Positions 11,787-26,365 are shown, counted from the stretch's first letter. The stretch is DNA of 64,000 nt from Chrysomallon squamiferum (GCA_012295275.1 CM022668.1:16244001-16308000), one strand, 5' to 3'. Notes: generated by a model from the letters alone, not told the origin. Translations and numbers: made by a program.

Positions 11787-13868
11787 ATATATATACATTT
11801 TTTTATAACTACTCATAGCCTCTCATAAATACTTTGTACGGACTGGCTTATGAACTTAGATACAGCTTGAAAGAGTCCAGCGTGTTAGATTTGTTCTTTG
11901 ATAAGGTTAAAATAAAACTGCTCCTCCTCATTCCACTGGAACCATTCTCTCCGACTACTGATGTAATAAAGCTTCAAACGTGCTGGCAGCTGAAAAGGTC
12001 TGCATTAGAATCTTTTATAACGTGTTTTAAATTTGTGATTTCACTGAAATAGCTCAGTCGGCTAAAGAAAGCGTTTGTGTGGCTGATAACATATATTACA
12101 CCAGATAACCTGTGTATAATGTGTATGTAGGTATTTCTGTTTATATATATAGATGTATTAATATGCATATATATATTAATATTCACACATATATTGATAT
12201 GTACATATAAATGAATTCATGTAGCGTGTATAAAAAAATACCTACATACGCATTATACATAGGTTATATATATATATATATGCACAAAAGATATAAAATA
12301 TGTATATATATATATATATATTTATATATACACACACAAACGCACAAAAACATCCATCCATCCATACATACGTATATAGAGATACATATAAAAACAAATA
12401 CACACACAACACACACACACACACACACACACATATTTTTATGGCTTGCCATTGATTTTCGTTACAAATAATCACAGTTGATATTAACATAGATGGAATA
12501 TTATATATAATTTAGTTTTATTGTACTTTTCTTGACTAGATCTTTGCTACTTTTATTAAGAAACTTAAAAGAAACATTTATCTAGAAAATCCCAACACAC
12601 TGACTTCACTGCTGTCACTGATACACGTAAATTATTACCTGTGTTATGTCTGCATGTGTATGTGTGTGTGTGTGTGTGTACATGTGCGAATGTGTGTGTG
12701 TGTGTGTATATGTCTGTATATATGTGGGTATGTATGCATATATTTTATATCTTTTGTGCATGTATATTCCTAAAAAAAGTGTATTTGTGTGTGCGTTTTA
12801 CTGAAACTTGTAGTGTGTACGTCTGTCTTTGTGTGTGCCGCCTTTTACCACATATTTTAAACTTACGTTTCTCAAATTTATTTATTAGATAGGTAGACAT
12901 ATTTCTTTATGTACCCCTCACCCTAAAACTTCAAACACTGTGCAGCTGAGTGCAGTTTATTGTTGACTGTAAATCTTCTAACTTTGATGTAGTGAGCTGA
13001 AAGCGTTGTATATTATTATCTATATCGCGGGTACGAGGTTCTGTTGACTTACGGCAAATATTTGAGCTCACACAAAATGTTTTGCAGATAAGCTCGTTTC
13101 CCAGTGATACATCTCTCCCTGTGTCTCAGAGCCCAACACCCTCGGGCGTGTTCAGTCATGCATGACATACACTCGAGTAGATAAGAAGACACAGAGTACC
13201 TCTTCGTCGTTGTGAAGGATAAAGTATAATTATAATTATTCTAGGTCTACAGTTCTGAATAGCCTGGCGTTCGGGCAGACGGATCTGTAACAGGTTAAAA
13301 AAGAAATATATATATATTTAAAATGAAAAATAACCTCCATATCACGAGTGATAACTATTATGATAACAAAAACAGTAATATTTTCGTACAGTCACCAGTA
13401 AGAGTGAAACAATAAAGCGGTTTATAAGGTTATCTGATAATTGTTATTTATGTTAATTAACGCTAATGCCACGTCCCGTTGTGAAATTAGCCGCATTCTG
13501 AAGCGGTACGGACAATTATGAAATATCGTCTGTGTATGCCCTGTGATAAAATCTCCCTGCTTAATACGTTACTAAACTAATATTAAATAAAATTGACTAA
13601 ATTAGTTAACACTTAAAACATTACTTATCTGCAATATGTATGAAACCGATCAAATAAGGAATATTTTTAACAGCTGAGCATTTAGAACAAGTCACCTAGG
13701 GTTACAATAATAGCCACGTAGATAATTGTTTATTACTTGCGTCATTGCAATTGTCTGTCATATCAAAACATTATGTTTCTGGTAAACAATATTCGTGATT
13801 AATATGAGATAAAAAAAATATTCTACGCTCCCTTCAAGATATATTTTTGAAACGTGTAATTTTACAGA

Positions 13869-13924
13869 ATGTTTGCACCCGTTAGGCGTTTTCATACATA
13901 CACTGATCTGGAAAGGAGTGACGT
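13869..13924 (+). CDS. Candidate alternative innexin N-terminal exon A (MFAPVRRFHTYTDLERSD-V)
   Basis: ttttacag|A-ATG acceptor context, 18 stop-free codons plus 2 nt, then GT|gtaagt. Phase 2 matches the acceptor at 41131. Confidence 0.55.
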
Positions 13925-14028
13925 GTAAGTTGACAATCAAAACAGATTAACATAACCCTGAAAATTCAGCTAACGGCATAATGTCTATAATTATAACACA
14001 CACATGTATGTATACGTGAAGAAATATC

Positions 14029-14132
<104 letters not shown>

Positions 14133-14321
14133 TATATGCATATATAGATGTTTTTGTACGTATTTCTGTGTTTTTGTCTGTATGTACGTGTATGTGTGCG
14201 TGCGTGCGTATGTGCACATTAATAAATTATTTCTGACAGACTGCTGTTTATAAAGTGTGTATGTATATGTGTTTATATGCACGTATGTTCCTGCATACGT
14301 GTGTATTCCTGTGTATATCGT

Positions 14322-14335
14322 ATGTGTGAGTTTCT
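14322..14335 (+). CDS. Weak candidate alternative innexin N-terminal exon (MCEF-L)
   Basis: ATG TGT GAG TTT CT|gtaagt, phase 2. It sits in TG/TA-rich low-complexity sequence where ATGs are common. Confidence 0.2.
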
Positions 14336-15369
14336 GTAAGTAATGAGCTGTTATCTGCGGTGTAGGTTGTGTCAACACTGTACGTCAAAGATTATCTTTG
14401 TCGTAGACGTTGTAAACAGAATAAACACGACAGAATAAACAGGCAGACACAAATACTTGTACGTAATTAAAAAAAAAAAAAAAAAAAGCGAGGTTGCCAT
14501 AGGGTGGGGAATTTATTAGGCGAGGTTAGTAGGGTGTGTGTATGCGTGTGGGTAGGGAAGAGTTATAAGGCGAGTTTACCAGTGTTTGAGGATAGGGGGG
14601 GAGAATCATTAACACTGAAAATTAAAAGGCGAGTTTACTGCGGTGGGTGTGTTATATAGATTTTTAAAAATTTATATTTTCATTAATGTTTTTCATTTTT
14701 TTCATTTTTAACTTTGCAGTCTTGAAAACTGATAAACCACATATATAAATACTCTTCTTACTTTTCTGTGTGACAGCGGGTTGTCAGTGTACACAGACAC
14801 GCCCACAGGTTGCTGGGGTTACCTGGAGTTTACTCACACCTGTAATACACAGATTACAACACACAGGTGAAAACCTGGATTAGCTTGGTGAAGAATGTGA
14901 ATTTAGATTATACACTTTATCATTCTGATAGTGTTTAGTGGAGAAACTCGTTAAATATCTACATGAATAATAATAATAAGTGAATAATAATAACTATAAT
15001 TAAAACAATAATAATAATAATAACAATATAATAAAACATGTAGTAACAAAAATAATACTGTTACTGGTGCTGCTGCATCTACGACTGCTACCATTAGGGC
15101 CACTACACCTCGACAACAACAACCAGTACATCAGCTACCTCCTTACTACTTTTTCTACTACTACTACAGCGGCTTTTATTTTTGCAAAAATTACTCTATC
15201 GCTATTATTACTATTTCCATCACCATCAACAACAGCCACTACTTCTACTGCTACGACATTACTGTGACCATGAAACCTTTTCTGCTACTGCTACGACATT
15301 ACTGTGACCATGAAACCTTTTCTGCTACTGCTACCGTCACTAATATTATTCCTGTCATCATCACCATTT

Positions 15370-15574
15370 GAACAGCAACAACAACAACAATTACTGTTAA
15401 CACTGATAATCATAACAATATTATTACTACTACTTCTACTACTACTACTACTGTTACAACAACAACAACTACTACTACTACTACACCACCACCACCAACA
15501 ACAACTACTCCTATTATTACCACTACCACTATTACTACTACTATTATTACTACTATTACTACTACTACTACTAT

Positions 15575-15606
<32 letters not shown>

Positions 15607-15730
15607 TAGATACTATTACAACTATTATTCCTACTGTTACTACTACTACCACTCCTAGTACTATTACAAATTCCACTGTTATTACTAATACAACTATTTC
15701 TACTACAATTACTACTACTACTACTACGCA
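15370..15730. repeat. Imperfect (ACA/CTA/TTA)n triplet tract
   Basis: Direct inspection. Gives poly-Q/L/S/V ORFs. Confidence 0.9.
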
Positions 15731-15902
15731 CTTCAGTTATGACTGTGATTGCATAATAACATGTATTGTTCACAGCGTGCTCTCTACCATTTCAACAATA
15801 CTGATTTGTTCTTTTCACGGCGGACACTCCCGAATGTTTCCGATAGATCACGTTACTTATGTCGACGTCATTCGCTGCACCTTTTAGTCGGTTGTCGAGT
15901 GC

Positions 15903-15916
15903 ATGTATACAGCACA
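15903..15916 (+). CDS. Candidate alternative innexin N-terminal exon B (MYTA-H)
   Basis: ATG TAT ACA GCA CA|gtaagt, phase 2. CpG-rich unique context with GACGTCA at 15864 and a ccttttag acceptor or Inr-like element at 15880-15889. Confidence 0.4.
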
Positions 15917-16109
15917 GTAAGTCATAATATTTGACATAATACAGTTATTTGCCGTAACCTAATGAACAAAGTTACAGAGTTAAAAATGTCAAGCTGACTA
16001 ATACAGACAGAGAGAGCTGTGTGAATGTAATTGCTAGCTACTTGAAATACTAATACAATTAGACGTGTAAGTAATTGTCGTGTATATTTCCTTTTAAATT
16101 TCGTTTGCT

Positions 16110-16180
16110 GTGAGTGGTGTAGTGGTTAGAGCGTTTTCCCTAAATATCAAGGCACGTAGGATCTATTCCTTTCGTCGGTA
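16110..16180 (+). mobile_element. Degenerate tRNA-derived SINE head
   Basis: A-box-like TGGTGTAGTGGTTAGAGCG followed ~30 nt later by a decayed B-box (GGATCTATTCC). No intact cloverleaf. Confidence 0.4.
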
Positions 16181-16931
16181 TAGCGTGTTATGTCGAGATC
16201 TAAAAATTTTTTATTTTTTGTTCCTTGATTGTTTTTTTCCGTCCTTCTTTTCATTCCTCCTTTTTGTTCCTTTCTTCATTTATTTACTAATACGTTCATT
16301 CTTTCCCCAAGCATCCTTCGACCCCAGATAACTTCCGTTTTTTATTTATTTCACTCTTACCCAAGTATCATTCGACCCTCGAACGTGTCAACATATTTCC
16401 AGATAAAAAGTTTACTTTATCAGGTATACAAAGTCCACGTCAGCATTTTTCTGTTTGTTCTTTGTACAACATAGAACAAACTTACAAAACAGTGCAAAGT
16501 AAACACAGACTGAGAAATTTGATAACAAAGTCAACATTTTGATTTTCATTTCTTTCTCAGCTATGCTATTTTACTTTTATTTACGACGCTAATTTTTCAA
16601 AACATAGGTTTTAGTTTTAAATAAATATATATATATATATATGTTTACGTAGAATATTTTATAAATAAACAAATTATTTTATTATTTTTCATTTTTTCAT
16701 TTTTTTCATTTTTTTATTTTTTTTTATTTTTTTTTGTTTTGAATAATGTGTTTATTTTTGGTTTCGTTTGAAATATATGTGTCTGTGTAATAATAATGTA
16801 AACAAATAAAAATAGTAATAAAAAGTAACATGTTCAGTTCAGGTTTATCATATTACATTTCGTTATATAATTATATATATTTGTTTACGTTGTTTTTATA
16901 TATTTGTTAGTTAAAAACCACGTATATGAAT

Positions 16932-16999
<68 letters not shown>

Positions 17000-17295
17000 T
17001 AGTAACAGTAGTAATAGTAGTAGTAGCAGTACTAATAGTAATATTATTAGTAAAAGTAGTAGTAGTGATAATGATGATGAATACTCATAATTGTTATATT
17101 GCTAATACCAACAACAACAACAACAATAATAAATAAATAAATAAATAAATAACAGTAGGAATACTAATATTAATAGTAGCAGTAATAGTAGTAGTAATAA
17201 TAACAACAACGAACTGTGGCAAAAGTTATCGATATAATGCACACATACATACATACATTCTCATACTCACACACAGACACACACGTGTGTGTTTG

Positions 17296-17330
<35 letters not shown>

Positions 17331-17380
17331 ATGTATATGTATATGTATATATGTATGTATGTATATATATGTCAATAATG

Positions 17381-17480
<100 letters not shown>

Positions 17481-18113
17481 TGTCTTTGCGTGTGAGCATG
17501 TTTATGTATACGTGTGCATTATATATCAGTAACTTATGCCGTACATAAAAACTCCCATGCAGCATCAAACGTTATGGTTCATGCTTACATACCAGCGTCA
17601 TTCGCGGTGTAATAAAATGCATTAGAAAGCGAGCTGTTGCTGCCGATGTGAATGGATTAATTAACTCCTTCCACAGATGTCGTCTGCCACAAAACCCGTG
17701 AAAAGTGCACGCAACAATTCATTCACTCTCCCTGCTCCACTAAACGACTCGGTGAATAGTTGTTTGCTTTACGAGGCCATAAATCATTATAATTAAAATT
17801 TGGTGGCAAATGAGGAATTGCACGAGGAACGTAACTCGCGGTTCTTATTGATATGACTTGTTATTTAATAAGTAGAATTCCTGAGCACTGGTTGGAACAG
17901 AAAAAATGGTCTGTTTTGTGATCCCATGAGGACCCAGTCGGCAGTTTTCACTGTAGATACTGTAATATTGTAATATATTTGTACTCGACCCGTATTATGA
18001 TAAAATGACAACAATAACAAAACCTGAACAGTAACAACATTTACCAGCAACAAAAACAGTAACAAGAAGAACGTTATGTAACGTAAGCTGTGGTATTTTG
18101 AGCAGCAGCACGG

Positions 18114-18470
18114 CAAGTAAATACACGTGAACTGAAATATATCACGTTTACTGTGACACTGGTATCTCTGTTTGAAACAAGTAAATACACGTGAACTGAA
18201 ATATATCACGTTTACTGTGACACTGGTATCTCTGTTTGAAACAAGTAAATACACGTGAACTGAAATATATCACGTTTACTGTGACACTGGTATCTCTGTT
18301 TGAAAACAAGTAAATACACGTGAACTGAAATATATCACGTTTACTGTGACACTGGTATCTCTGTTTGAAACAAGTAAATACACGTGAACTGAAATATATC
18401 ACGTTTACTGTGACACTGGTATCTCTGTTTATATCACGTTTACTGTGACACTGGTATCTCTGTTTGAAAC
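18114..18470. repeat. 64-bp minisatellite, about 5.5 copies
   Basis: The unit caagtaaatacacgtgaactgaaatatatcacgtttactgtgacactggtatctctgtttgaaa starts at 18114, 18178, 18242, 18307 and 18371. Confidence 0.95.
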
Positions 18471-18639
18471 GTGGGTGCTAAGAAAGAAGAAAATAAAACA
18501 AACAAAACAAAGAACAGCATCTAAAGACAGTGAGTCTGACAACTAGGTACTGTCATTAAAATCAAGACGCATGTACATACGTTTGAATATATACATTACA
18601 CACATGTACACATATCTATCTATCTGTCTGTCTGTCTTT

Positions 18640-18691
<52 letters not shown>

Positions 18692-18937
18692 ATACGTATA
18701 GGTATATTGTTTGTCTGTCTGTGTGTGTGTGTGTGTGTATATATGTATAGATATATAATCATATGTACATATGTATATACACACGTTATATTCACATGTA
18801 CACATATATCTACGCTTATATTTATATACACACACACACACACACAATATACCTGTCAGTTTTGTATTGTAAAACATTAATTCCAGCATAAAATCAATAA
18901 AAGATAAAAAAAAATAAAACAAAAACAAACACGCAAA

Positions 18938-18968
<31 letters not shown>

Positions 18969-18981
18969 ACAAACAAACAAA

Positions 18982-19036
<55 letters not shown>

Positions 19037-19303
19037 ACAAACAAATAAATAAATAAGTAAGCAAATAAGTAAGTAAATAAATAAATAAATAATTTTAAAA
19101 AAAATGAAATCAAAAACAAACACACCTACAAAATATTTCTAAGTTCACTGTGACATGAGACCCAAAAACTGGATTTTTATTACCTCGTTTCCATAATTTC
19201 AAATGCACTTGCATAAATTACTGACAGAAATATCTGTCTTTCACCTCCTCTCCGCTAACCTAAATAGGATATGCATATAATAATGTGTGTGTTTATATAT
19301 ACA

Positions 19304-19334
<31 letters not shown>

Positions 19335-20026
19335 GTTTATATACACATACATACATACATACATACATACATAAACATATACAAGTAAATAAATAGACAG
19401 ACAGATACACACACACACACATGTAGCCTATATCTGTGTGTGTGTCTAACATACGTATACATAATTGTGCAACATATGCAAAAATACAGGCTTTATCTAT
19501 GTACACACTATGTACCTGTCTACCTACCTGTCTATCTACATCCAACACATACACGCAAAAGTGTATTCTTGTCCAGGTGTCTAACTCCAGATATCTGACT
19601 TCAGTTTTAACAGCTAAATTACGTCATAGAAATGTTGTCGTCATAGTTATCCGAAACAAAGTCAGATCACTTGTTAATACTTAAGTCAACACGTATGCCA
19701 CCACCATAACAACTACGACTATTACTACTACTACTACTATTACGACTATTACTACTACTACTAAACTACTAATACGACTATTATTACTACTACTAATACC
19801 AACTACTATTTTTACTACTACTACTAATAAAGGTCCTTCTTATTAAGAAAAATTAAGTTTTGGATCCCAGACGCAAAAACATAAAATAATAATATCAATA
19901 AATAAAAAAAAAAAAAAAAATAAATGAATAAATAAATAATAATAATAAAAAAAAACAGAAGCACTTAATTATACTGAATATGTTCATATACAGAAGCAGA
20001 TGTCTGTATTTGGTTGTGTATATGTG

Positions 20027-20073
<47 letters not shown>

Positions 20074-21404
20074 CTACACTTTTTTCGTTTTCTTTAATTT
20101 CTTTTCTTTTTTTTCTTTTTATAAATGTACTAGTATTTAATCATTTCAGTTAAAAACGATATTACTCTATTTCTAACAATGCATGTCAGTTTTTTGACGT
20201 CGACAATGTAACATTTAATAATTATAAATATATAATTTTAATACTTCTGTATTTCTTAAAAAAAAAAAAAAAAAAAAAAAAGAAAATAAAACAGAGAAGA
20301 AACTCGGTGCCATCACTTCAAGGCCTATTTTTTTCCAGTTAGCAACAAAATATTTTTTTATATCAACCATCCCACAAACAGCATGTCCATACCGCGACCG
20401 TTTGTTATACGAGAATTTGTTGTATAAGTTAATTAATCTAAAGTTTCATATAAACCGACATCACAAACGGGAAGTGTTGTAGATGTGAACTTAAATCAAG
20501 GTTTTGTTAATCATAAAACTGCTTGTTTTGTCTGCTGAAAACAAAGGTCATTTTCTGTTGTCAAATATTAATTGTTTTACACGTGTTATTTAAGTATAAA
20601 TTAAAAATAACCGAAATGACAGCAATAATTTTTTTTTTTTTTTTTTTTATTTTTTTTTATTTTTTTTTAAAAAAATAAAATATATATATATATATTTTGT
20701 TTTTTTTTTATTTTGTTTTTGACATTAATTTTTAATTGATGAACAAACCGATTTTAAATAAATTATAAAATTTGTTTCATTTAAATCCATTCTTATATAA
20801 GTTTTACTGATATTTACATTACTATGTACATGGATAATCTTTATATGCTTGGTTTTATTAATATGTGATTATTTATATATGCAACATGCATAATGCGTGT
20901 GTTTCCATTTGGTGTGTTTATGTACAAATATGTATGTATGTATGTATGTGTGTATGTGTGTGTGTATGTATGTATGTATGTATGCATGTACCTTTAATAA
21001 ATTTAACTTTTTTATCTGTTTCATCATTTTCTCTTTATAAAATAATCCTACAGCTCTCATCAAAAATACTTGCGTATACCTAATCTATCATATGACAAGT
21101 ACACTAACGCTAAAACTGTTTTCCCAATAAAACTAACAACTCATAAACTTCAAGCCAGTCTCACTGTGTTCTTGTTTAGTTCAGAGTTTTAATGTCACAA
21201 GTCGGAATATTTGTGTTTCATATGCTCATGTTTTATGTTTTTTTATCTCATGCTTCGACTAATTGATTAAGGAAACAAGGTGTTACAGAAAATAAATAGA
21301 ACTACGACATATTTGATTAATAATGTGTAAAATAATTATTACTTTGAAAATAACGTGTAAACAAATGTTGTTGTGAATTGTTCCTGTACAAGTGGATTGT
21401 GTTT

Positions 21405-21465
21405 TTGTGGTAAGGAGTTGTACGTGACGTCTGACAGTCAGTGAGTTCAATCCTCCTGACTACGT
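21405..21465 (+). mobile_element. Degenerate tRNA-derived SINE head
   Basis: GTGGTAAGG followed by B-box-like GAGTTCAATCC at tRNA-like spacing. Confidence 0.35.
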
Positions 21466-21790
21466 GAACTGACGAATTCAGCATTTGGTATATTTGTTAA
21501 TAACTGCAGTAATAAAATAACAACAACAACAACGACAAAAACAGTGAAGTAACAACAATAACAACGTAAAAATGTTGAGAATTGATAACTGAAATTAAAG
21601 GAGATAACAAACAATAGTATTAGTATCTTATCGAGTTTGAGATGTGCGGTACGTCATCCACTGCGCAGCAACGTCCCCGTAGGAACGGCACGGACACGCA
21701 TACAACAGCTGTACACAGGAGATAACATTGTCTGTTAGTCCGACTGGGTAACTGTGCAAGTCTGAAATATGTCTGACAGGCAGATATTAA

Positions 21791-21945
21791 AACACGTGTT
21801 TAGAGTCAAAGTCTTAAACACAAAACACCCAGTTAAAATAACACGTGTTTAGAGTCAAAGTCTTAAACACAAAACACCCAGTTAAAATAACACGTGTTTA
21901 GAGTCAAAGTCTTAAACACAAAACACCCAGTTAAAATAACACGTG
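21791..21945. repeat. 49-bp minisatellite, 3 copies plus a partial copy
   Basis: aacacgtg... starts at 21791, 21840, 21889 and 21938. Confidence 0.95.
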
Positions 21946-24179
21946 AGGTGGTATTATATATCGTAACAAAGAAAACAGTAATTCTTAATTTACTGTGTAA
22001 ACAGTAAACAGCTTAGTCGCTGCAGAAGAATAATGAAATTCATCCCGTTCTGAAAAAAAGATTTTATCCTGTGTATTTATTATATAACGTTTCGATTTAT
22101 TTAAACACTAAGACTTGATATACTGTCAACATGGCTTGTGTATCCTGGTTAAAGTTTATGAGATGTGTATAAAAGACCCATTGCTACCTTCTCTTGTCAT
22201 CGTTCATTTATGTAATTAACACATACGCACACAAACACACGCACACACACACACGCATTCACAAGCAAACCCCCACACACACATGCACACACTCCCACAC
22301 ACACTCACCAACAATCAGACACACATTTGTTTTACATTTTCATCGCATCCAAAAAATAGGCTAGTTGATAACGTTTTCTTATTCATTCGTTATCATTATC
22401 ACCTTTATCATCATTTTCAACTTTTAATTTTTAATTTTTGTTATTTTAATGTCTGATTTATTTCTAACAGTTAACGCACAGTTTCTGAATGTGGAACTAA
22501 CACGCTCAACATTTTAACTAACACCTCGAGTTTTTCGAGTGTATTCGACATTTACGTATTCTGAATATTGCAGGTGTAAGGTCAGTTAGAATAAGAAAGA
22601 CAAACTATCTGCCCAAACAATAAAGGCTAAAAAAAAAAAAAAAAATAATAATAATAAAAAAAAAAAATAAAAATAAAAAAAAAAAAAAATACAATCTCAC
22701 ACTTCAAAATAAAGTTAGTATAAATAAGCTGTTGACGAAATAACGTTGATATCGTGCGTGTATTATTATTATTATTTTATTTAGTTTGCTGATCGGGTGC
22801 ACGCTATACAAACTTCGGTCATGTCATTCACGGTACACTGCAGATCTGTGCTGTCTTTCAACTGTTCTTTACCCTGCTATACCAAGCGCATCTGATAAAC
22901 GTGATCATTCATCAAGAGATTCGAATATGTTTGTAAATACACTGTTGTTTTGTTCCGTTCCAAAATAACCAACTACAACGACAGTAATCATAATAATAAT
23001 AATAATAATAATAATAAAATAATTATAATAATAATAAAACAATATTAGCAGTAGTAGTAGTAATAATAATAATAACATAATAACAATAATAATAACAACA
23101 GCAATAATAATAAATAGTTAATAATAATGATGATGATAAAGATGATGATAAAGATGATAATTCAAGCGTATAAAAGGTCTAAACAATCTTAAACAAGATT
23201 CTTTTCTTTCTTTTTTATTATTATTTTTTATATCTTGTAAACTGTGACTGAGATGATGAATTGACCAATCTGAGAAGTGATGAAGTGGTCCGAGGTGAAT
23301 CCACCCTGCCAGTGTCAGAACTGAAGTTGTGTTTGTTTTATACGAGTACTGACTTTAACTTAGCTTACACACATACACAGTCTGAATACCGTGACCTTTG
23401 GACCAAGTAAAAAGCAGTAGAATTTTTTTTGGGGTGGGGGGGGTAGACTGCAGCGGTCATTAACCTCGTGTGTCGAACCTCGTGTGGGAGCCATCTTGAA
23501 AACCCAGGTTTACTGTTTTTACAGGTGAAGTGTTGTCGGCTTCACGACGGCAACAACAGCAACAGTACCTGCGTCTATCGCGAAGACTATCAACAACAAC
23601 AGCAATGAAATTCTCAGTGAAGATAATAATAACAACAAAACTACAGTCACCACTAGTAGCAACGACAACAACAACAACAAGAACAATAACAATAATAATA
23701 ATAATAATAATCATAATAATAATAATAATAATAATAATACTGATGATTATGATAATAAAAGTAATGATAATAATAATAATGATGTTGATGATGATGATTA
23801 TGATGATACTAATGATGGTGGTGATGATGATAATGATATAATAATAATGACGATGATAATAGCGATAATAATAATTATAATGATAATCATGAAGATGATT
23901 ATAATGATAGCAATGATGGAAATTTCACAAAGAATAATTAAAACGACACATGACAACATCAACCACGGCACCATAGTCAGAACAGAACACAACTTCGTAA
24001 TATGGAGGCCATTACAGAGCGAATAGTTTCGAGATATTCAAAGTGACAAAAAGACTTTACAGCAGTTAACATAAACTACGTACTGTAACACCATGAATAA
24101 TAATAATAAAAATAAATAAATAAATACATGAATAATAAATAAATAAATAAATGAATAAATAAATAAATAAATGCATGAA

Positions 24180-24214
<35 letters not shown>

Positions 24215-24856
24215 CACACTCAGTAATGAAACACTTTTTACTGGTGTTTAAAACACATAAAAAGATTCATTTATTGCATAAACGTCGGTTTAATGTGTTT
24301 TATCAGCGTCATCGTCATAAAAAAAAAAAAATCATGTCGTCGTACACGTCACACACAACGAGTGTGATGGAGATGTGACAGGGCTGGCGGGTTGCTGTGT
24401 TGAATTCTAACACGTGGCTCACGTTGTAACGGTCGGCTACATAAACCAAGAAACACATGTTACAGGATGCAGTCAGTCGATTGCTTCGTTCACCATTCAC
24501 ACATTTTAATGCTTCAGTACTTTTATAAACACAAATAAAAAGGGTATTGGATCTTTGAATGAGTTTCTGCAGCGTCTACTACTACGTGAACGCTATTATT
24601 TCATTGCAAGAGACCTGCTTGTTCAGTTAGGTAAGTTTATGCAGACTGATGTCACCAGACACTGAGTTTTTCTGACATTTGGTTAAGAATTGAGTACACG
24701 TTACACGATACATACTTACCTGTAAAAAAAATGACTAGTTAAGAGTAAACAAGAAAGTATTTGGTTGTTTAGGTTTGTGGACGGGTAATTTGGATACGTT
24801 ATGTGTGGCGTTGTGGTTGTATTACAAGTGAGAATAATGTTGTAGTACCTGTGGAG

Positions 24857-24867
24857 ATGCGGTTGCA
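24857..24867 (+). CDS. Weak candidate alternative innexin N-terminal exon (MRL-H)
   Basis: ATG CGG TTG CA|gtaagt, phase 2. It lies in the degenerate flank of the 23-bp minisatellite. Confidence 0.2.
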
Positions 24868-25015
24868 GTAAGTGAATGACGTATGTCGATAGTAAATGTG
24901 ATGATGTGGTTGTAGTGCATGTGAAAATACACTTATTGCACGTGCTGTATAATTATTATACATTAGTACCATGTCGAGAGATGGTTATTTTATAATTGAG
25001 AATGTGGCTGTAGGA

Positions 25016-25610
25016 CATGTGAAGGTATGTTTGTAATACATGTGTAGGTATGTTTGTAATATATGTGTAGGTATGTTTGTAATACATGTGTAGGTATGTT
25101 TGTAATACATGTGTAGGTATGTTTGTAATACATGTGTAGGTATGTTTGTAACATATGTGTAGGTATGTTTGTAATACATGTGTAGGTATGTTTGTAATAC
25201 ATGTGTAGGTATGTTTGTAATACATGTGTAGGTATGTTTGTAATACATGTGTAGGTATGTTTGTAATATATGTGTAGGTATGTTTGTAATATATGTGTAG
25301 GTATGTTTGTAATATATGTGTAGGTATGTTTGTAATATATGTGTAGGTATGTTTGTAATACATGTATAGGTATGTTTGTAATACATGTATAGGTATGTTT
25401 GTAATATATGTGAAGGTATGTTTGTAATATATGTGAAGGTATGTTTGTAATACATGTGTAGGTATGTTTGTAATACATGTGAAGGTATGTTTGTAATACA
25501 TGTGTAGGTATGTTTGTAATACATGTGCAGGTATGTTTGTAATATATGTGAAGGTATGTTTGTAATATATGTGGAGGTATGTTTATAATGTATGTGAAGG
25601 TATGTTTACA
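25016..25610. repeat. 23-bp minisatellite (gtaggtatgtttgtaatacatgt), about 26 copies
   Basis: Visible periodicity. Produces the spurious MYYKHTYTCITNIPTHVLQTYLH ORFs. Confidence 0.95.
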
Positions 25611-25649
25611 AAGTTATAGATTTATGAATGCATATACAATTAAATAAAA

Positions 25650-25684
<35 letters not shown>

Positions 25685-26365
25685 ATATACGAACGAACAC
25701 ATTAAATAAATAAAATAAATAAATCTTCATGATATTGGTGTGGAACAAACATTCAAAGCAAAATTAAAAAATTACTCTGCAGAAGGATTTATTCAAACAG
25801 ACAGTGTACCTATTCAAACAGACGGTGTACCTGTTTGTAGACATGTACCTGTTTCTACGTATTTGGGTCGCGTGTAAAATGAAATCACGAACTCAGATAC
25901 CATCTAGTTTTGTTCCAACCCATTGCTTTATTTCTGCATTTGTTTCGTCACCCATTTAAATTTATTCATAAACAAGGTGCACGTGACGTTTGACAAAATT
26001 CCACAAAGTAAAAAAACAAAACAAAAAATAATAAATTTAAAAAAACACCCATATTTCATAACAGTAAGTCCACTTCTGTGACAGATACTTAATTATTAGT
26101 AAAGTGTAGGTACGGATCACTTCAGAGAGGTTCTGTTAACGAGTATTGTTGCTAGTAGGTATTAGTCAGTCAGTAGGTCGTGCAGTAATCCCATTACGCG
26201 TTAAAATTAAAAACGCTTGTCTGTTTGTAATACGTCATCCCTCCAGTGACGTATGACGAAACACAAAACATGTAAAGCGATTAATTCCATTTAGTAAACA
26301 CATGAAATACAGTCTCATATTACACCCAGTGTGCACACACACACGTATACGAATAATAATCAAAT

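Noticed and set aside
14488-14640. Four GGCGAG(G/T)TT motifs as a regulatory cluster or transposon
   Set aside because: Too short and degenerate to assign. Probably a decayed repeat fragment.
15291-15773. Poly-Q/L/S/V/H ORFs here and at 23460-23992, 31561-32492, 49458-50041 and 52362-52853
   Set aside because: Translations of trinucleotide microsatellites, with no splice or domain support.
16110-16180. Functional tRNA gene
   Set aside because: The B-box is degenerate and no acceptor stem or cloverleaf can be formed. Kept only as a SINE-like remnant.
24712-24722. U1 snRNA gene or pseudogene
   Set aside because: Only the first 11 nt match, which is equally explained as a minus-strand donor consensus.
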